DNA of 64,000 nucleotides from a virus. Its lineage: Duplodnaviria > Caudoviricetes. Of this stretch, positions 38,040 through 48,574 are shown in pieces. Within the stretch, counting starts at the first letter, position 1. The number at the start of each line of letters is the position of its first letter. The translations under genes were made by a program, and so were the position numbers. The stretch lies in IMG/VR virus record IMGVR_UViG_2922715855_000002, positions 13,459 to 77,458 of that record, one strand, 5' to 3'. The notes beneath the pieces were generated by a model. The model was not told the DNA's origin. It ran no database searches and was given only the letters and a program-made list of their open reading frames with translations.

Positions 38040-38756
38040 TTGATAATCAGTGCGGTTTTTCAAAAGGAGTTAGAAGACTCATTGTGTGGTACATATTTAT
38101 CGGCTGATGATTTTCTTATTTCCGAAGGGAAAGATAACGCTAGAAATCCAATGATTAATATATTCTACAGGTATTTTACTGGTCAACCCAAATATTCTCT
38201 TTTATTATATATAAGAAAGGGTTCTTTTAAAGTCGCTAAGAGACCGGGAAAAGTATTAGAACTAGAGTCAATTGAACTAACTGATAAAGGAGAAGTACTA
38301 CTCGAAATAAGAAAGTGGATAGATAATATAGAAACTGAGTTTAAAATATTTAATGAAGTAAATGAAATTATAAAAAATAGGGAGCAACGCACTGAAAGAA
38401 TAAAAGGGATGGAACAGTCATTATCCGGAATAGGGAATGAACAATTTTCTACTGATGAAGTCAATAAGTTAATTCAGAGAGTATCAACATTAGAAGAACT
38501 TTTTTTAGCTCAATTAGAAGAAGAGATAAAAGACAAAGAACTACTCAGAAACGAAATTAATAAATTTAAAAAAGATATTAGTTTCTTGAAAATGCAAGTC
38601 AGTATTTTGAATAAAAAGAACTGGCTTTTCGCGTTTGACTCTAGAATATCTCAGTGGAGAAAAAGGAACCCTAGAGCTGTTGAAGCATTAGATATTAAGA
38701 ATTTCGAGGTTTTACCAGAGGCAGTAAAAATGTTAACCCATTCTGAAATAGATTAG
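38040..38756 (+). CDS. AT-rich hypothetical coiled-coil protein (moron)
   Basis: GAGGGAG RBS, TTG start; inserted between HNH and cos/terS. Confidence 0.7.
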   Translation: MIISAVFQKELEDSLCGTYLSADDFLISEGKDNARNPMINIFYRYFTGQPKYSLLLYIRKGSFKVAKRPGKVLELESIELTDKGEVLLEIRKWIDNIETEFKIFNEVNEIIKNREQRTERIKGMEQSLSGIGNEQFSTDEVNKLIQRVSTLEELFLAQLEEEIKDKELLRNEINKFKKDISFLKMQVSILNKKNWLFAFDSRISQWRKRNPRAVEALDIKNFEVLPEAVKMLTHSEID

Positions 38757-38798
38757 ATTAATATAAATAGAGAGTTGTTTTTTAGGGGGGGATCCGGG

Positions 38799-39557
38799 AT
38801 GGTTGATAAAGTAAAAAAAGTAAGCAATCCACTTACTATTGTTGCTATTTTTGCTGGTTTAGCAGAGGTTGCTAGTACAGTAGCATTAGGGCTAATAAAT
38901 GAAGAAATACAGCTTATTTTTATTTGGTTCGTTATGGTGTTCCCTGTTCTATTGGTTGTTATATTTTTCTTAACATTAAATTTAAATCCAAAAGTTTTAT
39001 ACTCTCCAAGTGATTTTAAAGATGAGGATAACTTTTTGCAAACACTAGCAGGAAGCTATACATTAAAAAAACAATTTGATGAGATGAACAATATTATTAC
39101 CGAATCTAAAGCGGAAATTATATCACTTGCTAAAGAGGCAACAAAAAAACCTTCCGAGCAAAATACAGAAATTTCAACGCCTACAAATGGTGAATCATCA
39201 GTTTCAGGGGTTATAGAAGTCAGCAAAAAAGAAGACCCTTCGAAATCAGTGGAATCACTAATAAATGAGAAGTTTAGTCCTATTGAAGAAAAAATAAAGG
39301 ATTTCAAGATATCTACTGAATTACTAACTATGGATAATATAAACAGTAATACATCTTCACTCCAATTACAGATTATCAATTTATTGATAAGCCGAGGAGC
39401 ATTAGATGCAGTTACGATTTCAAATGTCTTAAGTATTACTGTAAAAAGAGCACTGGAATCTTTAGAGAAACTCAGAAGAAGGGGTTTAATAGATGTAAAT
39501 TATTATGACGATGAGAAGAAGTATTATGTAAAAATGAATAGCTGGACAGCTTCTTAG
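38799..39557 (+). CDS. AT-rich 2-TM protein with C-terminal winged helix (moron)
   Basis: NPLTIVAIFAGLAE...LYSPSDFKDE; C-terminal ...ITVKRALESLEKLRRRGLI. Confidence 0.75.
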   Translation: MVDKVKKVSNPLTIVAIFAGLAEVASTVALGLINEEIQLIFIWFVMVFPVLLVVIFFLTLNLNPKVLYSPSDFKDEDNFLQTLAGSYTLKKQFDEMNNIITESKAEIISLAKEATKKPSEQNTEISTPTNGESSVSGVIEVSKKEDPSKSVESLINEKFSPIEEKIKDFKISTELLTMDNINSNTSSLQLQIINLLISRGALDAVTISNVLSITVKRALESLEKLRRRGLIDVNYYDDEKKYYVKMNSWTAS

Positions 39558-39579
39558 AGACTCCCGTCCTACTATATGA

Positions 39580-39657
39580 ATAGACCCCCCATGGGGTCTA
39601 TTTTTATTATTAAGAAATTGCGAGACCGCGTGTCCCTCTAATGTGAAAAAAAGTCCC
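39580..39657. other. Putative cos region
   Basis: ATAGACCCC/GGGGTCTAT inverted repeat, then GAGACCGCGTGTCCC...GTGAAAAAAAGTCCC just before terS. Confidence 0.5.
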
Positions 39658-39695
39658 CGACAGAAGTTTTAGAGGGAGAAGGGAGGTGGACACAC

Positions 39696-40178
39696 GTGAA
39701 TGAGGTCATTGACTTCAATCATATGAGGATTGGAAAAAAGGGCGGCGGTAAACATTGGACAAAAAAAGAAGTTGAAAACCGCGAAGCAGCGGCAAAGAAA
39801 TTTGAGCGCAAAAAGAAGAGGAAGCTTAAGGTCCCGGATTGGTTGACAGATGAAGCACGAAAGGTTTGGCGTAAGACTGTCAAGGACATGGAAGAGTTCG
39901 ACGTATTGGATAAAGTGGATGAAGATGTTTTGGGAACGTATTGCGATGCGGTCGCAAAATATCAATATGCAAACACGCTAATCGAAGAACACGGTTACAC
40001 CGAAGTAAATGCTCAAGGGAATTCGGTTGTAAGTGCTCATGTCAAACTAGCGCAAGGATATTCACGAATCATACTTGCTTACTCCAATAAACTCGGATTG
40101 AACGCCGATGCCCGCGCCCGACTCGCCAAGAAAATAGCGGACGGGGAAGGTGATCCGAATGAAGACCTATTCGACTGA
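39696..40178 (+). CDS. terS: Terminase small subunit (P27 family)
   Basis: PDWLTDEARKVW...LGTYCDA...LGLNADARARL. Confidence 0.9.
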   Translation: MNEVIDFNHMRIGKKGGGKHWTKKEVENREAAAKKFERKKKRKLKVPDWLTDEARKVWRKTVKDMEEFDVLDKVDEDVLGTYCDAVAKYQYANTLIEEHGYTEVNAQGNSVVSAHVKLAQGYSRIILAYSNKLGLNADARARLAKKIADGEGDPNEDLFD

Positions 40179-41949
40179 ATGGGAAGACGTTCACCCCACA
40201 CATCGTTACGCGGCGGAAATTATAACCGGGAAGCGCAAGGGATGTGAATTAGAGCAATTAGCATGTAGACGTCATTTGAACGATCTTAAGCGACAAGGGA
40301 CGGATGAGTTCCCTTACGTATTTGATGAATCACGTGCAGATCGCATATTTGATTGGTTCGAAAAGTGTTGCCGACATGTGCGAGGACCATTCTCCGGGCA
40401 GCTCATTGAGTTACTACCCTTTCAAAAGTTTGATTTAGGTGTTGTGTTCGGTTGGGTGCATCGCGAGTCAGGAAAACGAAGATTTAAAAAGGCATTTCAT
40501 TTACGCTCCCGCGGTAATGTCAAATCAACCGAAATGAGCGGACTTGCCCTGTATGGCATGTGTGGCGATTGTGTTTATCCGCCTGGGAATCCTGCATTTA
40601 AGCGGTACGAGGACAGCCCGGAGGTTGAATGTGCTGCGGTAGATAAGACGCAAGCAAAACGGGTATGGGGCGACGCGCAGAAGATGGGCGAGCACAGCCC
40701 GGATATTATGAAACGCTTGCGAATTAAGCGAACATACATTGAGCATTCGACCCGCGGTGGGTGGATGCGTCCACTTTCGAGGGATACGAAAAATAAAGAC
40801 TCGGGCGCGCCTTGTTTAGTTATCATCGACGAATATCATGCGCATCCAACTTCGGATATTCTTGATGTCCTTTTCTCCGGATTTGGTAAGCGACTGCAAT
40901 CTCTCATGATGATCATCTCGACAGCGGGGAAGGATGCAGAGAACAGTCCATGTAAGAAGGAATATGATGCCCTTTGTAAGATGATGCGAGGTGAAAACCC
41001 TATGAACGAGACAATTTTTGCGATGATTCGTGAACTGGATAAAGGTGATGATCCGCACGATGAATCCAATTGGGTAAAAGCAAATCCGATTCTTCAAGAA
41101 GAAAACGAATACGCAGAAGAATTGTATAACCAGATTAAAGCAGAGCATGACGAAGCTTACAATACTGGTGACCCGGCTAAAATTCGGGAATGGTTGACGA
41201 AACGCGTTAACCGATGGCAAGCAGACAGTGAAACAAAATATATGTCCGGTATTATGGATAAATGGAAGGCGCTCGGTATTTCTCGGGACGCTTTTTTGGC
41301 GTTGGTTCGCAACCATAAAACTTGGAGCGGTTTGGATTTAGCAAAAACGACGGACCTTACCGCAGACGCAAATGTCTTCAAGCTAAGTGACGGAAGGTAT
41401 GCAGTCACGGCTCATGGCTTTATGCCGAAAGAACGAGCCACGCAGCACGAACACTCTGATAGGGTGCCGTACAATACCTGGGCAGAAGAAGGTTGGTGTA
41501 CGCTGACCGAGGGAGCCGTGACAGACTATAGATTCATCAAGAGCCACATGCAGCAATTAGAAGCCGATGAGGGCTGGACGATTGAAGAGATATGTTATGA
41601 CCCGTACAATGCAACACACTTCACCCAAGAACTTGAAGCAGAAGGTTATCAACGGGTGGAGATTCGCCAAGGGGTTCAGACGCTATCAGAGCCGACGAAG
41701 TTCTTTAGAAATCTTGTGCTCAAAGGATTGATTGTTCATGATGGCAGTCCTTTATTGACTTGGTGCCTTTCTAATGCCGTCGAGGTTGTAGATAACAACG
41801 GTAATATCAAACTGAGCAAGAAACACAAGGACGATAGTCAGCGGATAGACTTGCTTGCCGCAATCATAAATGCGTTTGTTCGAGCGATGTTGGATGAAGG
41901 CGACACAGATTTGAACGAGCATATCTTAAGCGAAGAATTTTCATTCTGA
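40150..41949 (+). CDS. terL: Terminase large subunit
   Basis: RSRGNVKST, VIIDEYHAHP, ISTAG, GLDLA, YDPYNA, RIDLLAA. Confidence 0.95.
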   Translation: MIRMKTYSTEWEDVHPTHRYAAEIITGKRKGCELEQLACRRHLNDLKRQGTDEFPYVFDESRADRIFDWFEKCCRHVRGPFSGQLIELLPFQKFDLGVVFGWVHRESGKRRFKKAFHLRSRGNVKSTEMSGLALYGMCGDCVYPPGNPAFKRYEDSPEVECAAVDKTQAKRVWGDAQKMGEHSPDIMKRLRIKRTYIEHSTRGGWMRPLSRDTKNKDSGAPCLVIIDEYHAHPTSDILDVLFSGFGKRLQSLMMIISTAGKDAENSPCKKEYDALCKMMRGENPMNETIFAMIRELDKGDDPHDESNWVKANPILQEENEYAEELYNQIKAEHDEAYNTGDPAKIREWLTKRVNRWQADSETKYMSGIMDKWKALGISRDAFLALVRNHKTWSGLDLAKTTDLTADANVFKLSDGRYAVTAHGFMPKERATQHEHSDRVPYNTWAEEGWCTLTEGAVTDYRFIKSHMQQLEADEGWTIEEICYDPYNATHFTQELEAEGYQRVEIRQGVQTLSEPTKFFRNLVLKGLIVHDGSPLLTWCLSNAVEVVDNNGNIKLSKKHKDDSQRIDLLAAIINAFVRAMLDEGDTDLNEHILSEEFSF

Positions 41950-41970
41950 GGAAGGAGGTGAAACAAAACT

Positions 41971-43239
41971 TTGGCTAAACGATGGTGGAAGTTTTGGAGT
42001 AAACGCTCCATCGAATGGAATGGTGGCAGATTTGATGGGGGCGGTCGCACAAGAAGTGGTGAGTTAATCACAACAGAAACCGCCATGCTGAACAGCAACG
42101 TGTATACGGTCGCTTCGATTCTGGGCGGAGATATCGGAAAGTTTCCTCTACAGGTATTTAAACGTGTTGGTGACAACATTCGCCGCGATACGAATCACCC
42201 CGTATCAAAGCTGCTTGGCAAACGATCTAACCCACACATGACCGCCTACACGTTTAAAGAAACGATGAAGCTGCACTGTGTGGTTTGGGGAAATGCTTAC
42301 GCAGAAATTGAATTCGGCGAAGATGGTTATCCCAAAGCTCTTTGGCCTCTTGATCCCGGACGTACCGATGTGATGACAGACCTTGAAGGGAATGTTTGGT
42401 ATGTAACTACATTACCAAACGGTTCGCGTCGGAAATTAACGGTTGATCAGGTACTACACTTTAAAAGTATAGGTCGCAGCGGATTAAAAGGGATTACGCC
42501 TATTGAAGTCATCCGCGAGGAATTAGGGATTCAAAAGGCGCAGAAGAAATTCCTAGGGTCCTTCTATGGGAACGGGACAACCGTCGGCGGAGTACTTAAC
42601 GTTGAATCAGATAAGCCTTTAACAGGAGCAGCAAAGGACCGTATTCGTGACGAATGGGCAAAGATTAACTCCGGTTTAGATAATATGGCGCGCGTTGCGA
42701 TATTAGATAACACAACGAAATACCAGGCATTAGGTATGCCCCTCAAGGATGCGGAATTTATCGATTCATCGAAATTCGGTATTGCCGAGGTCGCCAAAAT
42801 TTATAAAGTGCCAGGTTACAAGCTAGGTATTTCGGATGTGAAGTACTCCAATATGGAGAATCAATCCTTGGAGTACGTGAAGAATACGCTGCAACCTATC
42901 GTAACCAATTGGGAAATGGAAATCGATACGAAACTATTCACTGAAACAGAACAAAAGAAATACTACGTCAAATTTAACATGACAAGCGAATTGCGGGGCG
43001 ATTCAGCCACGCGCGCCGCCTTCTATAAGGCGATGTTAGAAATTGGTGTCCTGACTATCAATGAGGTTCGTCTTATGGAAGAACTAGACCAGATCGGACC
43101 TGACGGAGACAAGCATTTCATTAATTTGAATTTAGTGAATTTGGCGAATATGGACCAATATCAGAATGCAAGGGCAGGAACGAAGGGGGGTGAGGACGAT
43201 AAAGAAGGAAATACGGTACCTAACGATCCAGCAGCTTGA
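41971..43239 (+). CDS. HK97-family portal
   Basis: VVWGNAYAEI, LHFK, GITPIE, EIAKIYKVP-like motifs. Confidence 0.95.
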   Translation: MAKRWWKFWSKRSIEWNGGRFDGGGRTRSGELITTETAMLNSNVYTVASILGGDIGKFPLQVFKRVGDNIRRDTNHPVSKLLGKRSNPHMTAYTFKETMKLHCVVWGNAYAEIEFGEDGYPKALWPLDPGRTDVMTDLEGNVWYVTTLPNGSRRKLTVDQVLHFKSIGRSGLKGITPIEVIREELGIQKAQKKFLGSFYGNGTTVGGVLNVESDKPLTGAAKDRIRDEWAKINSGLDNMARVAILDNTTKYQALGMPLKDAEFIDSSKFGIAEVAKIYKVPGYKLGISDVKYSNMENQSLEYVKNTLQPIVTNWEMEIDTKLFTETEQKKYYVKFNMTSELRGDSATRAAFYKAMLEIGVLTINEVRLMEELDQIGPDGDKHFINLNLVNLANMDQYQNARAGTKGGEDDKEGNTVPNDPAA

Positions 43240-43798
43240 GACACGATCAACAAGTGAAGGATCGGATTCGATTACCATCGTGGGGTATGCTGCGAAGTTC
43301 AATACACGATCAAGGCTTTTGTATGGCGAGTTTTTCGAAAAAATCGCACAAGGTGCCTTTACGCTCACGTTACGAGAGGACACGATCAAAGCGTTATGGA
43401 ATCACAACAGCGATATGGTCCTTGGATCAACCAAAAGCGGCACATTAAGGCTTTATGAGGATCAAATTGGATTGCGTATGGAAATAGATTTACCTAACAG
43501 TACATGGGGACACGATGCCTATGAATCCGTGAATCGCGGAGACGTAGACGGCGTGTCCTTTGGTATGTATGTGCGACGAGATTCAGTCGTGTACCTCCCG
43601 GATGAGGATGTATATGAACGCACGTTACTTGATATCGAACTATTCGAAGTATCGCCCACGGCTTTCCCTGCCTATGAAGACAGTGAGGTCGAAACAGAAT
43701 CCAGAACCTTAGAGGATTTGGGCATTGTCCCGAAAGAAATACGAAATCTTGCTGAATTAGAGCAATTATTAATACAAATCGAATTGATGGGGGTTTAA
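43190..43798 (+). CDS. HK97 prohead protease (start GTG 43190 or ATA 43199)
   Basis: GYAAKFN, ALWNHN, LRLYEDQIGL, GVSFGM, LFEVSPTAFPAYEDS. Confidence 0.9.
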   Translation: MRTIKKEIRYLTIQQLETRSTSEGSDSITIVGYAAKFNTRSRLLYGEFFEKIAQGAFTLTLREDTIKALWNHNSDMVLGSTKSGTLRLYEDQIGLRMEIDLPNSTWGHDAYESVNRGDVDGVSFGMYVRRDSVVYLPDEDVYERTLLDIELFEVSPTAFPAYEDSEVETESRTLEDLGIVPKEIRNLAELEQLLIQIELMGV

Positions 43799-43801
43799 TC
43801 T

Positions 43802-44977
43802 ATGAAAAATAAAGTACGTGAATTACGCCAGTTATTAGCTGCGAAAAAAGAGGCTGCAACGGTAGCCGCGAACGAAGGAAGAACCGAAGAAGCACGTTCA
43901 ATGTTATCCGAAATGCGAAGTTTACAGGAACAGATTCAAACGTTGGAAGAATTGGACGATGTTCAAGTTCCGATCCCAGGAACGGAAGTCCCTGTTATCG
44001 AGAATGAAGAAGAAACGCGTTCGATGAAAAAGGTAAAAACTATTGTTAGCAGCAAAGAGTATAGAACGGCGTTTTTCAATCGAGTATTAGGTGAAGCGAC
44101 GAACAAAGATCGCCAAATGCTTGAAGAAGTGCGGACTCTCTCGGGCATTACAGGAAAGGATGGAGGCTACCTAGTTCCGAAGGATGTTGAGACAGAGATC
44201 ATTCGATTGAAGCGCGATTTACCACAATTAGAAAAACTCGTTCGCGTAATTCCGGTGAAATCGAATACTGGTACGCGAAATATTGAGACGGGTTCTCGCT
44301 TTACAAAGTTCCTCCCATTAGCTGAACTACAGGATATGAAAGAAGGTGGAAGCCCTCAATTTTCTCAAGTTCCTTTTTCTGTTGTGGATAAAGGTGGGTT
44401 TTTCCCGATTCCAAATGATTTACTTGATGATTCACCAGAAGATATTGAGGCTTATTTGGCTGAATGGATCGCCCGCGGCGTAGTTGGCACGAGGAATGGT
44501 GAAATTTTGGTATTACTAGGTGCAATTGAAAGTAAGGTTCCGATCGCTAACATTCAAGATTTGAAAAAAATCTTGAATGTTACTCTTGATCCAGCCATTT
44601 CAAAGATCGCCTCGATTATTACGAACCAAGATGGTTTCAATCATTTGGATAGTCTTGTTGACGGTCAAGGGCGTCCTTTACTTCAACCTAATCCATCTGA
44701 TTCGACCGGGAGATTATTACTTGGTAAACCTGTTGAAGTTGTGTCTAACGAATATTTACCTTCCACAGGTACAACCGAGAAAAAAGCTCCAATTTTTATT
44801 GGCTCTTTCTCTGATTTCATTGTTATTTTCGAGCGTCAAGGCTACCGGATTGATACAACAAATGTCGGCGGCAATTCATGGCGTAACAACAGTACCGAAG
44901 CACGGGTAATTTACCGGGATGATACTGAGAATCTTGATAGCGCAGCGGTAGTTGCTGGTGAGATCACGCTTGCATAA
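43802..44977 (+). CDS. HK97-type major capsid protein
   Basis: Delta-domain coiled coil; GGYLVP; HK97 core. Confidence 0.9.
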   Translation: MKNKVRELRQLLAAKKEAATVAANEGRTEEARSMLSEMRSLQEQIQTLEELDDVQVPIPGTEVPVIENEEETRSMKKVKTIVSSKEYRTAFFNRVLGEATNKDRQMLEEVRTLSGITGKDGGYLVPKDVETEIIRLKRDLPQLEKLVRVIPVKSNTGTRNIETGSRFTKFLPLAELQDMKEGGSPQFSQVPFSVVDKGGFFPIPNDLLDDSPEDIEAYLAEWIARGVVGTRNGEILVLLGAIESKVPIANIQDLKKILNVTLDPAISKIASIITNQDGFNHLDSLVDGQGRPLLQPNPSDSTGRLLLGKPVEVVSNEYLPSTGTTEKKAPIFIGSFSDFIVIFERQGYRIDTTNVGGNSWRNNSTEARVIYRDDTENLDSAAVVAGEITLA

Positions 44978-45001
44978 CTCAAGGGGCTTTAAGCCCCTCC
45001 T

Positions 45002-45535
45002 GTGAGGTGTAGAATGTTAACGACCATCGAACGATTAAAGCAATCAGTTTCAAACGTCGAGGATCAGCAACTTGAATTTTTAATCAAGGCGGCATCATCG
45101 TCAATCATCCGATATATCAACCGCCCACTCGAACAAAAAGAATTGGGAGAGTTCCATAATGGGCATGCAGAATCAAAATTTTTGAACTTGGAACTCTATC
45201 CGCTACATGAGGTAACATCGGTTGAGATGGACGGTGAGACAATCCGGGACATTAAGTTGATTCCGGAAATTGGGCGCTTGTATAGAGAAAAAGGTTGGAC
45301 TCCAGGCTTCCGAAATATCGAAGTTCGCTATTCGGGCGGGTACGTGTTGCCTGGTAATGAGAACGCAAATTTGCCAGAGGATATTGAACTTGCTTGTATC
45401 CTTCACGTACAAGACCTCATGAGAACGCCGGGTGTTGTATCTGAGCGCGTTGGAGATATATCGGTAACATATTCACAGGATCGAATGTCAAACGCAGTGA
45501 GAAGCCTTCTAGAAGGTTACAGGCGGTACTTATGA
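45002..45535 (+). CDS. Head-tail connector (gp6-like)
   Basis: VRYSGGY...LPEDIELAC. Confidence 0.8.
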   Translation: MRCRMLTTIERLKQSVSNVEDQQLEFLIKAASSSIIRYINRPLEQKELGEFHNGHAESKFLNLELYPLHEVTSVEMDGETIRDIKLIPEIGRLYREKGWTPGFRNIEVRYSGGYVLPGNENANLPEDIELACILHVQDLMRTPGVVSERVGDISVTYSQDRMSNAVRSLLEGYRRYL

Positions 45536-46014
45536 GTAAGGCAAGACGAACAAGATCACGGAGAGCGAACGTGGAGGTCACCGAAGTTACTTATTTACCG
45601 GATATTCTTCGCAAGCTTGAAGAGTTGACAAAGCATGAAGTGCATATCGGTGCTAGTGGGGATCAAGAAACGGCGATGATTGCCGGAATCCATGAATATG
45701 GCTCCTTGAAGGCGGGCATCCCGGCTCGTTCGTTCATTGGTACCGGGAAGAAGAAAGCACAGGCGGCTATTTCCAAGCTTGCTAAATCCGGTGTGAATGC
45801 GATTGTTCAGAAAAGCGAAACCGCTAGGGGGTTGCTGGAATCGATCGGGCAAGAAGGGGAATCACGCGTTGTTAAAAACTTCGATAAGATTCGCACGCCT
45901 TCATTGTCGCCATTGTACGCACGTCGAAAGGGTAACGGTAAAATTCTGGTACAAGAACAAAAGTTGAGGGATTCTATCACATTTATTGTGATTCCTAAAA
46001 AGGGGCGTAGGTGA
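45532..46014 (+). CDS. Neck/virion morphogenesis protein
   Basis: IHEYG...IPARSFI motif. Confidence 0.7.
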   Translation: MSKARRTRSRRANVEVTEVTYLPDILRKLEELTKHEVHIGASGDQETAMIAGIHEYGSLKAGIPARSFIGTGKKKAQAAISKLAKSGVNAIVQKSETARGLLESIGQEGESRVVKNFDKIRTPSLSPLYARRKGNGKILVQEQKLRDSITFIVIPKKGRR

Positions 46015-46361
46015 TGAGGAATTTTCGTTTTGCATCTATCGTCCGTAAATACTTTCGTCCATATGTCCAGGTTCAAGAAAGTGAAGGGAAGAGGGATGAA
46101 GACGGCGTATGGATTCCGTCTGAACCCATCCTTAAGAGTTTGCAAGGGCATATCCAGCCGATCAGTGCTGAATTGCAGCAGGTCGAAGGTGGCCGCTATA
46201 CGAAAACGGACCGGATGCTCTTCACGGAATCAAGTCACGAATCCGGCGATATTATCGGATACCAGGGCAATCGATATACCGTAGGGACCGAAGTGGAACG
46301 AGAGTATAGTGACATCAATCAATACGTCATTAAGAAGGTGATCGTCAGTGATACAGTTTAA
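46011..46361 (+). CDS. Head-closure protein (putative)
   Basis: Gene order. Confidence 0.6.
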   Translation: MMRNFRFASIVRKYFRPYVQVQESEGKRDEDGVWIPSEPILKSLQGHIQPISAELQQVEGGRYTKTDRMLFTESSHESGDIIGYQGNRYTVGTEVEREYSDINQYVIKKVIVSDTV

Positions 46362-46842
46362 GTTGATTCGTTCAACGATCATTCGGAACCTAAAAGCATA
46401 TCTTCATCTTGAGATCATAGAAATGAATGGTGGCGGAGACATTCCGAAAACAGCTTTCCTGACCTATGACTTCACAGAAGGGATAGGAGATGCCAAAGGT
46501 TTCCCTATCGTTTACGCGGAAGAAAACAAAATTAAGTATGTCGAGACGGTGCCTTTTACCGTCTCTTTTTTGTCTTACGCAGATGATAAAGCGACCAGTT
46601 TCGAGAATGCGATAAAGGCTCGGGATTGGTTCAAAACTATTGGACACGACATATTAAAAGATTTGGCCAATGTGATTGTGGTGGATACGGGTCCTGTTGA
46701 AAATCGAGATATCGCGATTGGGATTGAGTGGGAACGAAGACAGGGTTTTGAGGTCATGTTCCGTACGCTGGACATTATCGAAACAGAGCTGAACCCCATC
46801 GAGAAAGTAAATATAAAAGGAGCTGAGAACCTTGGCAGTTAA
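46348..46842 (+). CDS. Tail terminator/neck protein
   Basis: Gene order before sheath. Confidence 0.6.
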   Translation: MIQFKLIRSTIIRNLKAYLHLEIIEMNGGGDIPKTAFLTYDFTEGIGDAKGFPIVYAEENKIKYVETVPFTVSFLSYADDKATSFENAIKARDWFKTIGHDILKDLANVIVVDTGPVENRDIAIGIEWERRQGFEVMFRTLDIIETELNPIEKVNIKGAENLGS

Positions 46843-47836
46843 AGGTGATGTAACAGTAACGATAGACATGCAACGCCCTACACCAAAATTAGGTTTTGGG
46901 AAGCCTCTTATCATTGGATCGAGCGCTACAGGCATGGAGTACACGACGTATTCTGATTTAGAAGGCGTCGGGAAAGATTTTGCTGCTAATTCAGACGTTT
47001 ATAAAGCTGCATTAGCATTATTAAGTCAAGGCGATAATTCACCTGCGGAAATTGCCATTATGTTATATAAGACCGAGGGAGAAACATTACAGACTTTTCT
47101 TCCCAAAATTTTCGCGAAAGATTGGTACTTCCTTATTTCGACAAGCAGCCAGGTTACCAATATTACCGCGATTGCGGACGCCGTAGAATTGGATAAATCC
47201 CGCCAGTTCTTCGCGAGTACGAGCAGTTTAGAAGACTTGGCGAAAATCTATGCAAAGAAATACGACAGAACGACTCTTTTCTATCATACGGATACAGATA
47301 ATTACCCGGAAGCCGCTTGGATTGGGGAGGCTGCTTCGGCAGAACCCGGAAGCCTGACATGGAAATTCAAGACATTAAAAGGGATTGCTCCATTGGATAT
47401 CGATACGACAGAGCTAATGGAGATTGAAGCGTTAGGTGCCAATACCTATGTCACGAAAGCAGGGGATGACGTGACAAGTGAGGGTAAAACGGTCTCCGGT
47501 GAGTACATCGATATTATTCATTCTCGCGATTACCTCGTAACTAGCATTCAGTATGCAATTCAAAAGTTACTCAACAAAGCAAAGAAAATTAACTATGACA
47601 ATGGAGGGATTGCACAACTAGAATCTGCTACTCGGAATGTATTGAAACGCGCGGATTTGAACGGTATGATCGCGCACGATGACGATGGACAAGCGTTGTA
47701 CGCAACTTTCTTCAAGACGCGCGACCAGGTCGATCCTGCCGATAGACAAAACCGGGAATACAACGACGGAACATTCGAGTTTGAACTTGCTGGAGCGATT
47801 CACAGATCGAAAATTAAAGGAATTATCAAACTGTAA
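46832..47836 (+). CDS. Tail sheath protein (DUF3383-like, short)
   Basis: PGSLTWKFKTLKG, SEGKTVSGEYIDII, LAGAIH. Confidence 0.85.
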   Translation: MAVKGDVTVTIDMQRPTPKLGFGKPLIIGSSATGMEYTTYSDLEGVGKDFAANSDVYKAALALLSQGDNSPAEIAIMLYKTEGETLQTFLPKIFAKDWYFLISTSSQVTNITAIADAVELDKSRQFFASTSSLEDLAKIYAKKYDRTTLFYHTDTDNYPEAAWIGEAASAEPGSLTWKFKTLKGIAPLDIDTTELMEIEALGANTYVTKAGDDVTSEGKTVSGEYIDIIHSRDYLVTSIQYAIQKLLNKAKKINYDNGGIAQLESATRNVLKRADLNGMIAHDDDGQALYATFFKTRDQVDPADRQNREYNDGTFEFELAGAIHRSKIKGIIKL

Positions 47837-47852
47837 GGAGGATTGAAAAATC

Positions 47853-48242
47853 ATGAATACGTATGATCCAAAAGATGTGACGGTTGTCGTCGGCGGGACG
47901 TATCTCACGGGTTTTAGTGAGGATATGGTTGAAGCTGAGAAGGACGAGGATAACTATGAGACGAAAGTCGGCGCGCAGGGGGATGTTATCCGTACAAAAG
48001 TGAATAATCCCCTTGGCACCATTACATTAACTTTACTCCCGACCAGCCCTCAAGTGGCATACATGGATAAATTAGCGAATACCGGGGCACTAGTTCCGGT
48101 TTCGGTCATCCATAGCGGTACACCGAAAGAGACGATCACAGTTACAGAGTCTTTTGTGAAGAAACCAGCAACACGCACGTACGGTAAAGATGCCGAAGAT
48201 CGCGAGTATGAATTGCAATGCCTTGATATGGATATCCAATAA
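47853..48242 (+). CDS. Tail tube protein (DUF3277-like)
   Basis: TYDPKDVTV...KVGAQG...GTITLTL. Confidence 0.85.
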   Translation: MNTYDPKDVTVVVGGTYLTGFSEDMVEAEKDEDNYETKVGAQGDVIRTKVNNPLGTITLTLLPTSPQVAYMDKLANTGALVPVSVIHSGTPKETITVTESFVKKPATRTYGKDAEDREYELQCLDMDIQ

Positions 48243-48265
48243 CAAACAAAGGGAGACGATTCACA

Positions 48266-48574
48266 ATGTTTAAACAAAAGAACTTTACAACTAAAGCAGG
48301 AAATAAATTTGTATTCCAACATCCAGGTGTGCGGATGGTATCCAAGATCAATGACGCCAGTAAAAACAAGCATGGCGTTGTATCGGAGGAACGGCTTGCA
48401 GAAGAAATGTTAAAGCACGTGGTTGTTGATCCAAAAATGAAAATCGATGATTTCACTAATTACAAGGAGTACAGCGAAGTAATTAATTCCGCATATGCTT
48501 TTATTTCCGGTCAATCAGACGGTGGTGAGGAAGACAATGACAATCAGCAAGAAGGAAGCGAAACGGAGGGCTAA
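48266..48574 (+). CDS. Tail assembly chaperone
   Basis: Between tube and TMP. Confidence 0.7.
   Translation: MFKQKNFTTKAGNKFVFQHPGVRMVSKINDASKNKHGVVSEERLAEEMLKHVVVDPKMKIDDFTNYKEYSEVINSAYAFISGQSDGGEEDNDNQQEGSETEG

Noticed and set aside
48495-48574. Programmed frameshift in prophage 2 chaperones
   Set aside because: The second ORF has its own GGTGAGG RBS and ATG at 48537; no slippery heptamer seen
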